From assembly GCF_001194135.2 (NCBI RefSeq), contig NC_068988.1, forward strand, positions 55,906,278-55,951,119: a stretch of DNA of 44,842 bases. The letters are read 5' to 3'. Below are positions 11,940-22,490 of the stretch, piece after piece (position 1 is the stretch's first letter; the number at the start of each line of letters is the position of its first letter). The notes below the pieces were generated by a model. The model ran no database searches. It saw only the letters and a list, made by a program, of their open reading frames with translations, and was not told the origin of the DNA. Made by a program: the position numbers and the translations under genes. Origin of the DNA: Octopus bimaculoides (taxonomy: Eukaryota).

Positions 11940-12012
11940 GCATTGAACTCAGAATGTAATGCGACGGAGGAAATGGCATGAAGTAATTTCTCTGATGCTC
12001 TAAAGATTCTGC
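11940..12012 (-). mobile_element. SINE family A head fragment
   Basis: TTGAACTCAGAATGTAA...GATTCTGCC. Confidence 0.6.
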
Positions 12013-13149
12013 CATACATAAAATGTAATCCTAATCCATTTGTGGGAGATTCGAAACTGAATCGACAAATTGTCAAGTAAAAGTCACGGCTTAATAACAG
12101 GCATTTCATGTGATCGGCTGATTAACTGAACAATGAGTATCAAAACATCACGTGATGCAACTTTCTAGAATCTTTTAGAACGTCTAACGAGGCTTATTAA
12201 TAGGTATGCTATGGGTGCCAAATTTCAGCGTGGAGAATCGCCGCCATGCAAATCACATTCTCATTTTGTAACGGTCGTTCTCATGGCTTCTTTATCACCC
12301 GAGTAGACGGCATTTACAGATTTTCAGTTATGAATGCAGTGTGATATTTTTCCTGTCGTGACAGTGTTTTAACGGAAACTAGTTAACCAACTATTTTGCA
12401 ATAACTACAGAATTGTCCTCTCAGTGTGTAATCCTTGCTAAAGACTAGCACAGAAAATATTTTGCGCAGTGAATAAAGTTCCTCTAAAACTGTTCACGAG
12501 CGTCGGGCATCATTCATACAGGCAGAACAGAACCCGACTCAACTACCAGCATTCCATATCTTTCCTTGAATGACCTTGGTGATAATATGTAACACCAACG
12601 CCCTCGTGACACATTAATTTACCTCATAAAACAACAAATTTAAACGTTAAAAATCAACATTAATATAAAATGGTTTTTAAATCATTTTACTATGAATTCT
12701 ATTGGTTTATTTGTTGTTATTTTCTTCAATGAATATTAATTTTAACCACAGGAAACTATGCACAGCCTAAAAACATTGAGGCCGTGCGTATTATATCGTA
12801 ATTTAAATATGCAATTTTAAATTTTGTAAGATATTTATTTATGTCAATGCTATTTCCTTCTCATTCAGTGATACACAACAATTACGAGTAATTCTAGAAC
12901 AAAAAAAGAAACTTTACTACGGATTTTGTATGATCTGGCACGGTTGGAGGTCTATGGAAGATAACACCATAAGTTACTGCACTGGATGACACCAACTTTT
13001 GTGACGTCAGTGTACGACAGTGACCCACTAATGGTAAAGATGTTAATGTGTTATGAATTAAGTTTTCTGTCGTTTCGTTTATCAATTGCCAAATATTTCG
13101 CACTAACACTGTTATTTAACACTTATAGTTCGGTAATCAATAATATTAT

Positions 13150-13365
13150 GGGTTTCAAATTTTGGCTCAAGGCCATAAAATTCGGGCGCCAGGGTATGTC
13201 AATTACATCCACCCTAATGCTCAACTGGTATTTTTTTTATCAACCCCGAAATGATGAAAGGCAAAGTCGACTGCGGAGTAATTTAAATTCAGATCGTAAA
13301 GTCGGGAGAAATGCGGCCAAGCATTTTATCCGATGCGGTAGCGATTCCGCCAGCTCACCGCCTTA
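13150..13365 (-). mobile_element. SINE family A, tail type A1
   Basis: GGTTTCAAATTTTGGCTCAAGGCC...GATGAAAGGCAAAGTCGAC...CCAGCTCACCGCCTTA. Confidence 0.85.
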
Positions 13366-13695
13366 ATCAGTTCTTTAGCGGTGATGGGTGACAAACACAA
13401 AGTTATATATACGTATACACAAACACACAAATCCAAATATATATACTCTGGCTATCTCTCTAGGGGCAAACTGAATCAGTTTTGCGATCCTTTTGTCTAC
13501 TAGAGGCTGGTAGGAGTTCGCTCCCCCTGCTAGCAATATATATTGTATATAAAAGGTGTAGCGTTGCACCGATAACCAGCTGCTGGAAGATATGCCTGGG
13601 GTTAAACGAGTAGTAACATGGAACAGCCATTTTGACGTGGCGATTGACTTTACTCGTTAGTATAATTACTACTCTGATCTCTTTTTGAGATTTTA

Positions 13696-13749
<54 letters not shown>

Positions 13750-13752
<3 letters not shown>

Positions 13753-13885
13753 GGCTTCCACAGAGTTTCCATCTATCAAATTCACTTACAAACATTCGGT
13801 TTTTCCTTGTCTACAGTAGAAAACACTTTCCCAAGGTACCGCGTGGCTGCAAAATGAGCTTCTTAACCACACAACTATGCCTGCA
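13750..13885 (-). mobile_element. SINE family B head next to a (TA)n tract
   Basis: GTTTCCATCTATCAAATTCAC...AGTAGAAAACACTTTCCCAAGGTACC...CTTCTTAACCACACA. Confidence 0.7.
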
Positions 13886-14639
13886 CTTATAAGAAGTCCT
13901 TGGTTTAACGGGCCACTATTTCAAATTAAACACTATGCACACATTATGTCACACTTATCAAGTATAAGCAGGTGTTTAGGTGATAGACCTAGCTTCATAT
14001 CATTAAATAAGTAAGCATAGCACACGTGGCTAGACTCCGTCAACAAGGCGAGGGAAAGCGGACACTGCAATAAAGTAATATAAGTTAACAGATAATGTTT
14101 ATTTAGACCTTACTATTAAATGAGGCACTTTACTCTAATAAACAATCCTTTACGTCTAAGGAGATACGATAAGGGAGCAAAAATAAACAAACAAATGCCT
14201 ACAGAATGTGTTTTAAGGGTTAGAATCAAGTAGGAGATTTGTGGAGTTGAACTGGCTTAAAGTTTATCATTGTGAGTATCTTTATCTTCTTCTTTCAATT
14301 TTGCTTCCATTTCTTGTCGAGTGTCTTCCCGACACCTAAGGCGAAGAAACTCACTGTATACATTGGTAGGCCATTAGAATAAAGACATCAGGTTGTTCAT
14401 TTACAAAGTCATGTGATAGAAAGAAAGCGGGGAGGAAAGACAGAGAGAAAAAGGAAATAAGGAAACAAAAAAATAAAGAAAAAATGAATAAAGAGAAAAC
14501 AAATAATAATAATAATAATAATAATAAAGAGGCAAAATCAAAGAAAATTCACTGTGACTATGCTCTTCTCAATACGTATAACGTACCAATTAAGATAAAC
14601 TTTAGCACTTCTTGCATGGATGGTAAACCAGGCATCATA

Positions 14640-14666
14640 TTATAATCATCATCATCATCATCATCA

Positions 14667-14704
<38 letters not shown>

Positions 14705-14737
14705 GGTAGTAGTAGTAGTAGTAGTATTAGTATTATT
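14640..14737. repeat. (ATC)n-(ATT)n-(AGT)n compound microsatellite
   Basis: Direct reading. Confidence 0.9.
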
Positions 14738-14951
14738 AAGACGGCGAGCTGGCAGAATCGTTAGCACGGTGGACGAAATGCTTAGCGATATTTCGCCTGT
14801 CGCTACGTTCTGAGTTCAAATTCCGCTGGGGCAGACTTTACCTTTCATCCTTTCGGCGTTGATAAATTAAGTATCAGTGAAACACTGGGGTCGATGTAAT
14901 CGACTTAACTCCTTCACCCAAATTTGGGGTATTGTGCCTCCAGTAGAAAGG

Positions 14952-14952
<1 letters not shown>
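14738..14952 (+). mobile_element. SINE family A, array copy 1 (tail A3 then (ATT)n)
   Basis: A-box-like GAGCTGGCAGAATCG, B box GAGTTCAAATTCC, Meta-like CCTTTCATCCTTTCGGCGTTGATAAATTAAGTATCAG. Confidence 0.9.
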
Positions 14953-15041
<89 letters not shown>

Positions 15042-15043
<2 letters not shown>

Positions 15044-15257
15044 GGCGGTGAGCTGGCAGGATCGTTAGCGCGCTGGACGAAATGCTTAGGGGCATCTCGT
15101 TCGCTTTTGCATTCTGGGTTCAAATTCTGCCGAGGACACCTTTGCCTTTCATCCTTTCGGGATCGATAAAAGAGATACCAGTCGAGCATTTGGGTTGATG
15201 TAATCCACTAACCTCTTTCCACCCAAATTTCATGCTTAGTGCCTATGCTAGAAGGGA
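15042..15257 (+). mobile_element. SINE family A, array copy 2 (tail A3 then (CAT)n)
   Basis: Same head and central motifs as copy 1. Confidence 0.9.
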
Positions 15258-15363
15258 TCATCATCATCAGCAGCAGCATCAGCATCATCATCATCATCAT
15301 CATCATCACCATCACCACCATCATCATCATCATCATCACCATCGCCATCACCATCACCATCAC

Positions 15364-15408
<45 letters not shown>

Positions 15409-15426
15409 TATTTATGGAGTGTAAGT

Positions 15427-15643
15427 AAGACGTGAGCTGGTAGAATCGTTAGCACACCGGGCGAAATGCTTAGCGGTATTTCGCCAGTGGCTACCTTCTG
15501 AGTTCAAATTCCGCCGAGGTCGATTTTGTCTTTCATCCTTTTGCCGTCGATAAAATAAGTACCAGTCGAACACTGGTTCGATGTAATTGACTCGCCCCCT
15601 CCCCAAAAGGACTACCCTGGTGGCAAAATTTAGATCCATTATT
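15427..15643 (+). mobile_element. SINE family A, array copy 3 (tail A1)
   Basis: Same head; tail GTGGCAAAATTTAGATCCATTATT. Confidence 0.9.
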
Positions 15644-15660
15644 ATCTATAGAGTGTAAAT

Positions 15661-15865
15661 AAGACGGCGACCTGGTAGAATCGTTAGCACACCGGGCGAA
15701 ATGCTTAGCGATATTTCGTCTGCAGTTACGTTCTGAGTTCAAATTTCGCCGAGGTTGACTTTGTCTTTTATCCTTTCGGAGTTGATAAATTAAGTACCAG
15801 TCAAATATTGGGGTCGATGTAATCGAGTAACCCGCTCCCCACAAATGCCTATATTAGAAAGGATT
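15661..15865 (+). mobile_element. SINE family A, array copy 4 (tail A3)
   Basis: Same head; tail TGCCTATATTAGAAAGGATTATT. Confidence 0.9.
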
Positions 15866-15878
15866 ATTTATAAAGTGT

Positions 15879-16078
15879 AAGGAGGTGAGCAGGCAAAATT
15901 ATTAGCTGCACTTCTTCCGGCTTTTTACGTTATGAATTCAAACCTTGCCGAGGTGAACTTTGCCTTTCATCCTCTCAGGGCCGATAAAATAAAGTCTTAA
16001 GCAAAGACTAAGATCGGTGTAACCGACTAACTCCCTATCCGCCAAAAAATTTTCGGCCTTACGCTAAAACTTTGGCAA
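15879..16078 (+). mobile_element. SINE family A, array copy 5 (older, A1-like tail)
   Basis: GAATTCAAACCTTGCCGAGG...TTTGCCTTTCATCCTCTCAGGGCCGATAAAATAAAG. Confidence 0.8.
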
Positions 16079-16449
16079 TTATTTATAGAGTATGCATTTG
16101 AATAAAAAAAACTTTGTCTCGGAATCTGGGGAGTAATTTCAGTTCTCAGAGGAAAGAAGTTATCTTTTTGCAGTTATAATACCTTTCGGACCTCGTAAAG
16201 GCCACAGTTTCGCATTTCTGGGCTTCTATCAATATTAGTCGAACCAAAAGCTTTCCGTAGATCCAAATTTTGTTAACTCACCGCCTTGATTTCAAATCAC
16301 ACTGGAACAACGTTTTGCGGAAGAAGTCTCGCAAGTAGGTACCTACAAAACACTGGGATTAACTCAACCGAATATGTTATACTCTAACATAAAGCAAATA
16401 TTACGATTTTAAATTAAAAGAAATCATCTTACTAATTAAATAAAAGACA

Positions 16450-16520
16450 AGAAGCGACGGGTAAAATACCGCAAAGTATTTCGTCCAGTGTACTAACGAT
16501 TCTGCCAGCTGACCGAGTTA
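16450..16520 (-). mobile_element. SINE family A head fragment
   Basis: AAATACCGCAAAGTATTTCGTCCAGTGTACTAACGATTCTGCCAGCT. Confidence 0.7.
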
Positions 16521-17565
16521 AAATGAAGATCAAATAAATAGTGCGTGTGTTCATTGGCATAAATAAATAAATAAAATAATGACCGTCTCCAAATATAACG
16601 ATGTTGTACTTTCTGTTAGTTTTTAACTGTAAGTGTAGCAGATGAATTTATTGTGAAACATTTGAAGTTCCGACAAACCGAGTAAATGATCTTGTTACAA
16701 TTTCCAATTGGAACCATCTCGCTGTAACTGATTCGTTTCAATACTCCCAGAAAATACATTAGTGCTATAACGTCCCATTTCCTTTCGCTTAATGCCTAAT
16801 ACTGAAATTCTAAAAGCTTCTAGACACGATGTAACAAAATAGTGGCTAGCCTCTTTATTTTCGGCAGTGTTACTGAACTGAGTAACACGCCTCTCCTGCT
16901 GAATTTAATTTCTCATTAATCTCGAATTCTTCTCAAGTATCTCGAGTGTAGTGGATGGAAATTCCCTTGGCCGTAGGCAAAATTTCTTCCACATAAAAAT
17001 TTGAACGCTTGCTGAATAAAATAGAATAAAATTTAGCTAAAGAACAAGCAGATGCAATATAATTTACATAACAGTGCATTTGTACAAATAAAGATTCATT
17101 TCATTTTATTGTATTTTATTTTATTTCATTTTTTTGCGCTTATGCACACCGACAGATTCTTATATTCTTAAATCCGTCCCGAGTACTAAAACACGGTTTT
17201 TCAAACCTTTTGCTATTAAGGTTTTCAAATACTGCTTTTCAATTACATTTCCGATTAAGACATTATTTCTTCGACCTTCCCTTCCCATTATCGGGTAAGT
17301 CAGGAATTTAACCTTATAATTTGTAATAACTATGTAGTTAAAAAAACTCTTCGTAACTACAAGATTAAGAGTTCAATCGCATTATGCTACCACACATTGT
17401 GCGTCTTCTACCGGAGTCTCAATTTGACCAATATCTCACGAGGAAATCTATTATATATGTAGGCGTGTGCTTATATGTATGTATGTATATATATATATAT
17501 ATATATATTTATANNNNNNNNNNNNNNNNNNNNNNNNNNNNNNNNNNNNNNNNNNNNNNNNNNNN

Positions 17566-17600
<35 letters not shown>

Positions 17601-17734
17601 GAGAGCGAGAAAGTGAGAGAGAGAGAAAGGAGAGAGACAGAGAGAGACAGAGAGATCTAGCTATCTAAGTGTATATATGTTTGTATGTGTTCATATCCCA
17701 CTGCTTGTCACCGGTGTTGAGTTGCGTACAGAGT

Positions 17735-19057
17735 GCATGCAGATAATGGAAAAGAAAACGAAAGAGCAACTGAAGATGGAGTATTTCCGAAGACTGAGGC
17801 TGATGCTGCACTCAAAATTGACTGGATGGAATAAAATCTAAGGAGTTAATACGTGGGCAATAATATCACTTCGGTATGAAGTAGGAATTATTAAATGGCA
17901 AAAAAGAGAGCAATGAAGAAAATGGATGCCAAGACCATAAAAATGCTGACAATACACGGAACCTTCCACCCTAAGAGTGACACCGATAGGTTGTACTTGT
18001 CCAGAAGAAAGGGTTGAAGAGATTTGATTAGTTGCCAGGACTGTATCGAAGCAGAGGAAAACAGCGTAGGGTGGTATATAAAAAATGCCGTAGAGCCACT
18101 GTTGAAACAGGAAGAAGGCCGGTGTCATCAAAACTGAAATTTGTGTAAGTAAAGAAAAATTTAAACAAGAAATGAACAAAGAAAAAAAAAGTATGGAACG
18201 AAACAAAAAAAAAAGACGAATTGTCAGTATGCAAGAGATGCGAACGCCAAAACAGATATAGAGGATCGGGGGCTATGGATAAGGAGGAATGACCTGAAGA
18301 TAGAGACAGATGCACTCCATATTCACCGCTCAGGAACAAGCGTTAAGGACCAATTATATGAAGTGCAGAATTGACAATACTACCGATACCGACAAATGCA
18401 GAATGTGTGGTGAGAGAGGTGAAACGGTATGGCACATGGTTAGCGAATGCCCGAAATTGGCACAACGTGAATACAAACGACGCCATGACAATGCGGCAAG
18501 AATGATCCATCGGAATCTTTGTGGAAATCACGACTTACAAAGAGCAAAGACATTGCATGAACAATCCCCAGAAAGAAACACCCAAAAAGAGAACTGCAAA
18601 ATCCTGCAAGATGTAATAATCTAGTGCGAGCACCTGACCAGACATGGGAAACTGGACATTGTTGTGGTGAATAAAAAAGAAAGAACATGTATGATTATCG
18701 ACATAGCATACCTCGGTGATAACAGGATCAATGTGAAATAAAAATAAAAATAAATAAACAACTATGACGATCTAAAATGGGAAATACGAAGGTTGTGGTC
18801 AATGAAGAGGGTAGATGTGATGCCAATAGTAATTGATAAACTTGGAAGTATCAGCACTCAACTACCAACATGGCTGAAAAAAGATCGGTGCAAGTGTGAA
18901 AGTAGAACACCTACAAAAATCAGCATTACTTGGAACTGCAACAATTCTTCGCAGGATTCTTGAAGCATGAGCAGTAAACAAGTGTCACCTTAGTCTGCTG
19001 GCTGTGGATAGCTAACGCTTTCCATCATACCCAGCAAAATGAGCTGTGAGTTTTCAT
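17735..19057 (+). mobile_element. 5'-truncated, frameshifted R4/Dong-like non-LTR retrotransposon (post-RT region, CCHC knuckle, RLE endonuclease, 3' UTR)
   Basis: Translations: EYFRRLRLMLHSKL, HGTFHPKSDTDRLYLSRRKG, CRMCGERGETVWHMVSEC (CCHC knuckle), RRHD, KLDIVVVNKKERTCMIIDIAY (degenerate PD..D RLE motif), LQKSALLGTATILRRILEA*; followed directly by (TAA)n. Confidence 0.9.
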
Positions 19058-19076
19058 ATAATAATAATAATAATAA

Positions 19077-19115
<39 letters not shown>

Positions 19116-19147
19116 CAACAACAACAACAACGACGACGACGATGATG

Positions 19148-19193
<46 letters not shown>

Positions 19194-19208
19194 TAATAAT
19201 AATAATAA
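19058..19208. repeat. (TAA)n with (CAA)n/(GAC)n variants at the 3' end of the R4/Dong element
   Basis: Direct reading. Confidence 0.95.
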
Positions 19209-19754
19209 AAGGAGAAACATATGGTAATGTGGTCTAGTAGGATTGTCAAAAAGCTGCGATACCTTTGAAATTATCCGTAATTATCAAACCAGGGTGAATC
19301 AATTCATCCTTGATAATTAAGGCATTATTTCCTTGCAGCCTACACTACATGAATATTTATATATACACTCTCGGCTCACAAGTACATCCCCCCACACACA
19401 AACGTACGCACGCAAACGCACGCAAACGCACGCACGCACGCAAACGCACTTACATACACACATACATACACTCTATTTAAGAATCTTCCCAACCAAGTGT
19501 TTCTGCGTTCGTTTCCACTGCAAATGTTGGAAAAGTATTTTCTATATCCATGTAAGACGAAGACCTCAAAAGCATAATTTGATAAGCAGAAATTGAGGAG
19601 AAACCCTTCATGTGTCATGTGTGTGTATGTGTGTGTTAGTGTCTGTATGCATGTACGTATTTGCTTTTCTGTTTCGATGTTGTTGTTTAATATATGCTAC
19701 TTTATGCCTTGTAACATAGCAGACCTGTAAATAAAGTTCGATAACGTAAATACC

Positions 19755-19857
19755 TCAATAAAATAAGTGCTAGTGTAGACATGACCAACTAAACCCTTCA
19801 TGTTGTTGTTCCATCATGACTGCAGTTCAATGACGGACAATAAAAGAATAATAAAAA
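19755..19857 (+). mobile_element. SINE family B 3' end, degenerate
   Basis: AATAAGTGC...ACTAAACCCTTCA...TTCCATCATGACTGCAGTTCAATGAC...TAAAAGAATAA. Confidence 0.55.
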
Positions 19858-19893
19858 TACGTGCATCTATGTTTTTTTTTATGTATGCATAAT

Positions 19894-19895
<2 letters not shown>

Positions 19896-19960
<65 letters not shown>

Positions 19961-19969
19961 ATCTATCTA

Positions 19970-20030
<61 letters not shown>
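19896..20030. repeat. (TATC)n followed by (TA)n
   Basis: Direct reading. Confidence 0.95.
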
Positions 20031-20032
<2 letters not shown>

Positions 20033-20246
20033 AAAAATTCAATTAGAGGCTAAACTAGCCTCATTAAGGGATAGTAATATCCAATGAATTACTGGCTCAT
20101 TATCTAATATTTGTTGTGAATAATAATCATATTCATAAAATAATAGGTCTATGTATAAATCATGGTTTATAATCATTCGAAGGAAATTAAGAAAATAGAG
20201 ATATAGCATTTGATAAACATTTCTTATCTGAAAAATCCAACATGTT

Positions 20247-20327
20247 CTCTTACAGCTGTTTCAATTAAGCCTAGAGATTAAATAGCAGTCATTAAATCAT
20301 TATATTAGGCAAAATCTCACCAGAGGG
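20247..20327 (-). ncRNA. Minimal type-I hammerhead ribozyme-like motif (A6G variant core)
   Basis: CCCU-CUGGUGA, stem II GAUUUUGCCUA/UAGGCUUAAUU (9 of 11 pairs), GAAA, palindromic ACAGCUGU, A17, AGAG. Confidence 0.6.
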
Positions 20328-20392
20328 TAGAGTTTGCTGAGATGCTTCGAAAACTCAACACCTAATAACCTAACGGTATATCTTTTTTCTAC

Positions 20393-20473
20393 CCCTCTGA
20401 TATTTTGCCTGATATAATGATTTGATATTTGCTATTTAATCTTTAGGCGTAATTGAAACTAACTGCTAGAAGG
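20393..20473 (+). ncRNA. Degenerate hammerhead motif (inverted partner copy)
   Basis: CTGAT with the following GAG deleted, same stem II, GAAAC; stem III disrupted. Confidence 0.4.
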
Positions 20474-20548
20474 GAATTTGTTGGATTTTTGCTGATAAGG
20501 AATTTTTATTAAATGCTACATCTCTAGTTTCTTAATTTTCTTAATTTT

Positions 20549-20585
<37 letters not shown>

Positions 20586-20759
20586 NNNNNNNNNNNNNNN
20601 NNNNNNNNNNNNNNNNNNNNNNNNNNNNNNNNNNNNNNNNNNNNNNNNNNNNNNNNNNNNNNNNNNNNNNNNNNNNNNNNNNNNNNNNNNNNNNNNNNNN
20701 NNNNNNNNNNNNNNNNNNNNNNNNNNNNNNNNNNNNNNNNNATTGATCGCTAGCCACTA

Positions 20760-20935
20760 AACCTTTTTTTAATTTTCTCTCCCTGTTTATTTCTGTGTTC
20801 CTTTCTGTCGATGAGCGTAGGCTCGAAACGTAAAAGACTTTCTAAATTCCCGAGCGTTGAACTAATACATCTCTTTGTTGTTTACACACCCGTCTTCGTC
20901 TTTTGCTTTTTTTTTTGTAAATTCCAACTATATAT
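20760..20935 (+). mobile_element. Penelope-like terminal-repeat fragment of a second family
   Basis: Contains the hammerhead-like motif at 20801-20836 and lies between TA-rich flanks. Assignment is inferred from the hammerhead only. Confidence 0.4.
20801..20836 (+). ncRNA. Minimal type-I hammerhead-like motif (A6U, extra U after A9)
   Basis: CUUU-CUGUCGA-U-GAGC(GUAG)GCUC-GAAA-CGU-A-AAAG: stem I CUUU/AAAG, 4-bp stem II, palindromic ACGU stem III, GUA site. Confidence 0.5.
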
Positions 20936-22059
20936 ATACATATTTATCAATATTTGGCAGAAGAAACAAAGTAACTCAAGGTCCGAGAGTTTCATGCGTT
21001 TGCACATATCTGTGTGTGTGAGAGTGAGTGTGTGTGTGCGTGCACGCGCGCATGTGTGTGTGTGTGTGTGCTCATTTTTACAGTGAAGTGGTTGATAACG
21101 ACTTCGAGGTCTCGATTCACTAACCCTCATATTGACGATTGGTAAGAAGAAACTTCAACCACAGTGTGAACATTTTCATGAATGGAACGTGTTATGAAGA
21201 TATATGAGAATTTGTTCTCCGTTGACAAGATAAAACAGCGATTAGCATATGCACGTTCGAACGTATTAAGAATGATTGTGTAAGACTTTGCTCTGATTTT
21301 CGCTACGTAACGATTCGTTAGCGGTTAGCTGAAGTTATAAACAAGAATCACAAGCTCTTGTCAGTTTTATTAATAGATTGCTCATTAGCTGAGGAGGTAC
21401 AAAGATTTCGAAACATTGGGTGTCCCAAAGTCCCTCTATACGAATGAACAGTGTCTGCCCCGAACAGACATTCATCTGAAAGACGCTGTTCTCCATTAAC
21501 AACACAGAGTAATGATTAGCATATTCACTTTCGAACTGCTGGAACGAATTAAAATATATATAAAAGTCAGGGCAATAAATCTTATAAGGTACTAAAGAAA
21601 TATTGAATGATACTTCTACTTCGAGTGCAATTGTTTTTAAACAGCATTATATAAAAGCAAACTTCATTATGTTTAGTTTATAAGAAATTAGAATCTTTGA
21701 GAGATGTCAAATAAGTTATTTGTAACAGTGGTCGAAGAAGAAAAGAATGGTGTAAATAAAAGCGTGTAGAATATTGGGTTAAAAACCACTTGGGTGAGAA
21801 AAAAGCCGAATGCTGCTCGTGGGACAGATCATGGGAACTACTATTCAAATTCCACCGCCAGCACCATGAGAAATGTGTAAGAAAAATATGTGGACTTCCA
21901 GAACTGATATAATAAAAGATTAATTTATTTCAATTCATTTTCCTTTTTCTTATGACATGATTAAATCGTTTATTTTTTGTCCTTAAGAAAGAAAAACCGG
22001 TAGCATGTTTTGATAAACTTTCTTTTTTACAATAATAAAGTTCTCTAAGAATTCGCTTC

Positions 22060-22062
22060 TCC

Positions 22063-22106
<44 letters not shown>

Positions 22107-22145
22107 TCCATCTCGCTCCCCTCTCTCTCTCTCACTCTCTCTCGC
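22060..22145. repeat. (CT)n-rich tract
   Basis: Direct reading. Confidence 0.9.
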
Positions 22146-22236
22146 TATCCATCTGTCCCTATGGATATATACATGCATGCATGCATATATGTGTGTGTGT
22201 GTGTTGACAGCTGGATATTTATAGATTAATATACAC

Positions 22237-22297
22237 ATTGGTGCTCCAGTATGACCACAGCTGCATGGCTAAAACGAATAAAAGAATAAAAGAATAT
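22237..22297 (+). mobile_element. SINE family B extreme 3' end
   Basis: GGTGCTCCAGTATGACCACAG...AATAAAAGAATAAAAGAAT. Confidence 0.6.
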
Positions 22298-22439
22298 ATA
22301 TACATTTATACACATACGTTCACGCATACAGACACTCACGCACATGCACACACATACACACACATACGCTCGCATACACACACATATGCATGTACATACC
22401 TATTTGTCTATATATCTGTGTGTGTGTGTGTGTATGTGC

Positions 22440-22490
<51 letters not shown>

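Larger units (their letters stand above)
20181..20540. mobile_element. Diverged ~150-bp inverted repeat (arms ~20181-20330 and ~20389-20540); Penelope-like terminal-repeat relic
   Basis: Reverse complement of the left arm aligns colinearly with the right arm (TACCC..CTG..ATTTTGCCT.ATATAATGATTT...TGTTGGATTTTT...AAATGCTA.ATCTCTA.TTTCTTAATTT); each arm holds a hammerhead-like motif; TA tracts lie on both sides. Confidence 0.65.

Noticed and set aside
14738-16078. CRISPR-like repeat-spacer array
   Set aside because: Eukaryotic context; the repeats are ~210-bp tRNA-derived SINEs and the spacers are microsatellites or TSD-like sequences.
17770-17797. CTGAAGA...GAAG hammerhead-like string
   Set aside because: GAAG instead of GAAA, no stem I or III, and it lies within the R4/Dong reading frame.
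21384-21425. CTGAGGA...CGAAAC hammerhead-like spacing
   Set aside because: Stems I and II pair poorly and there is no NUH cleavage triplet in register.
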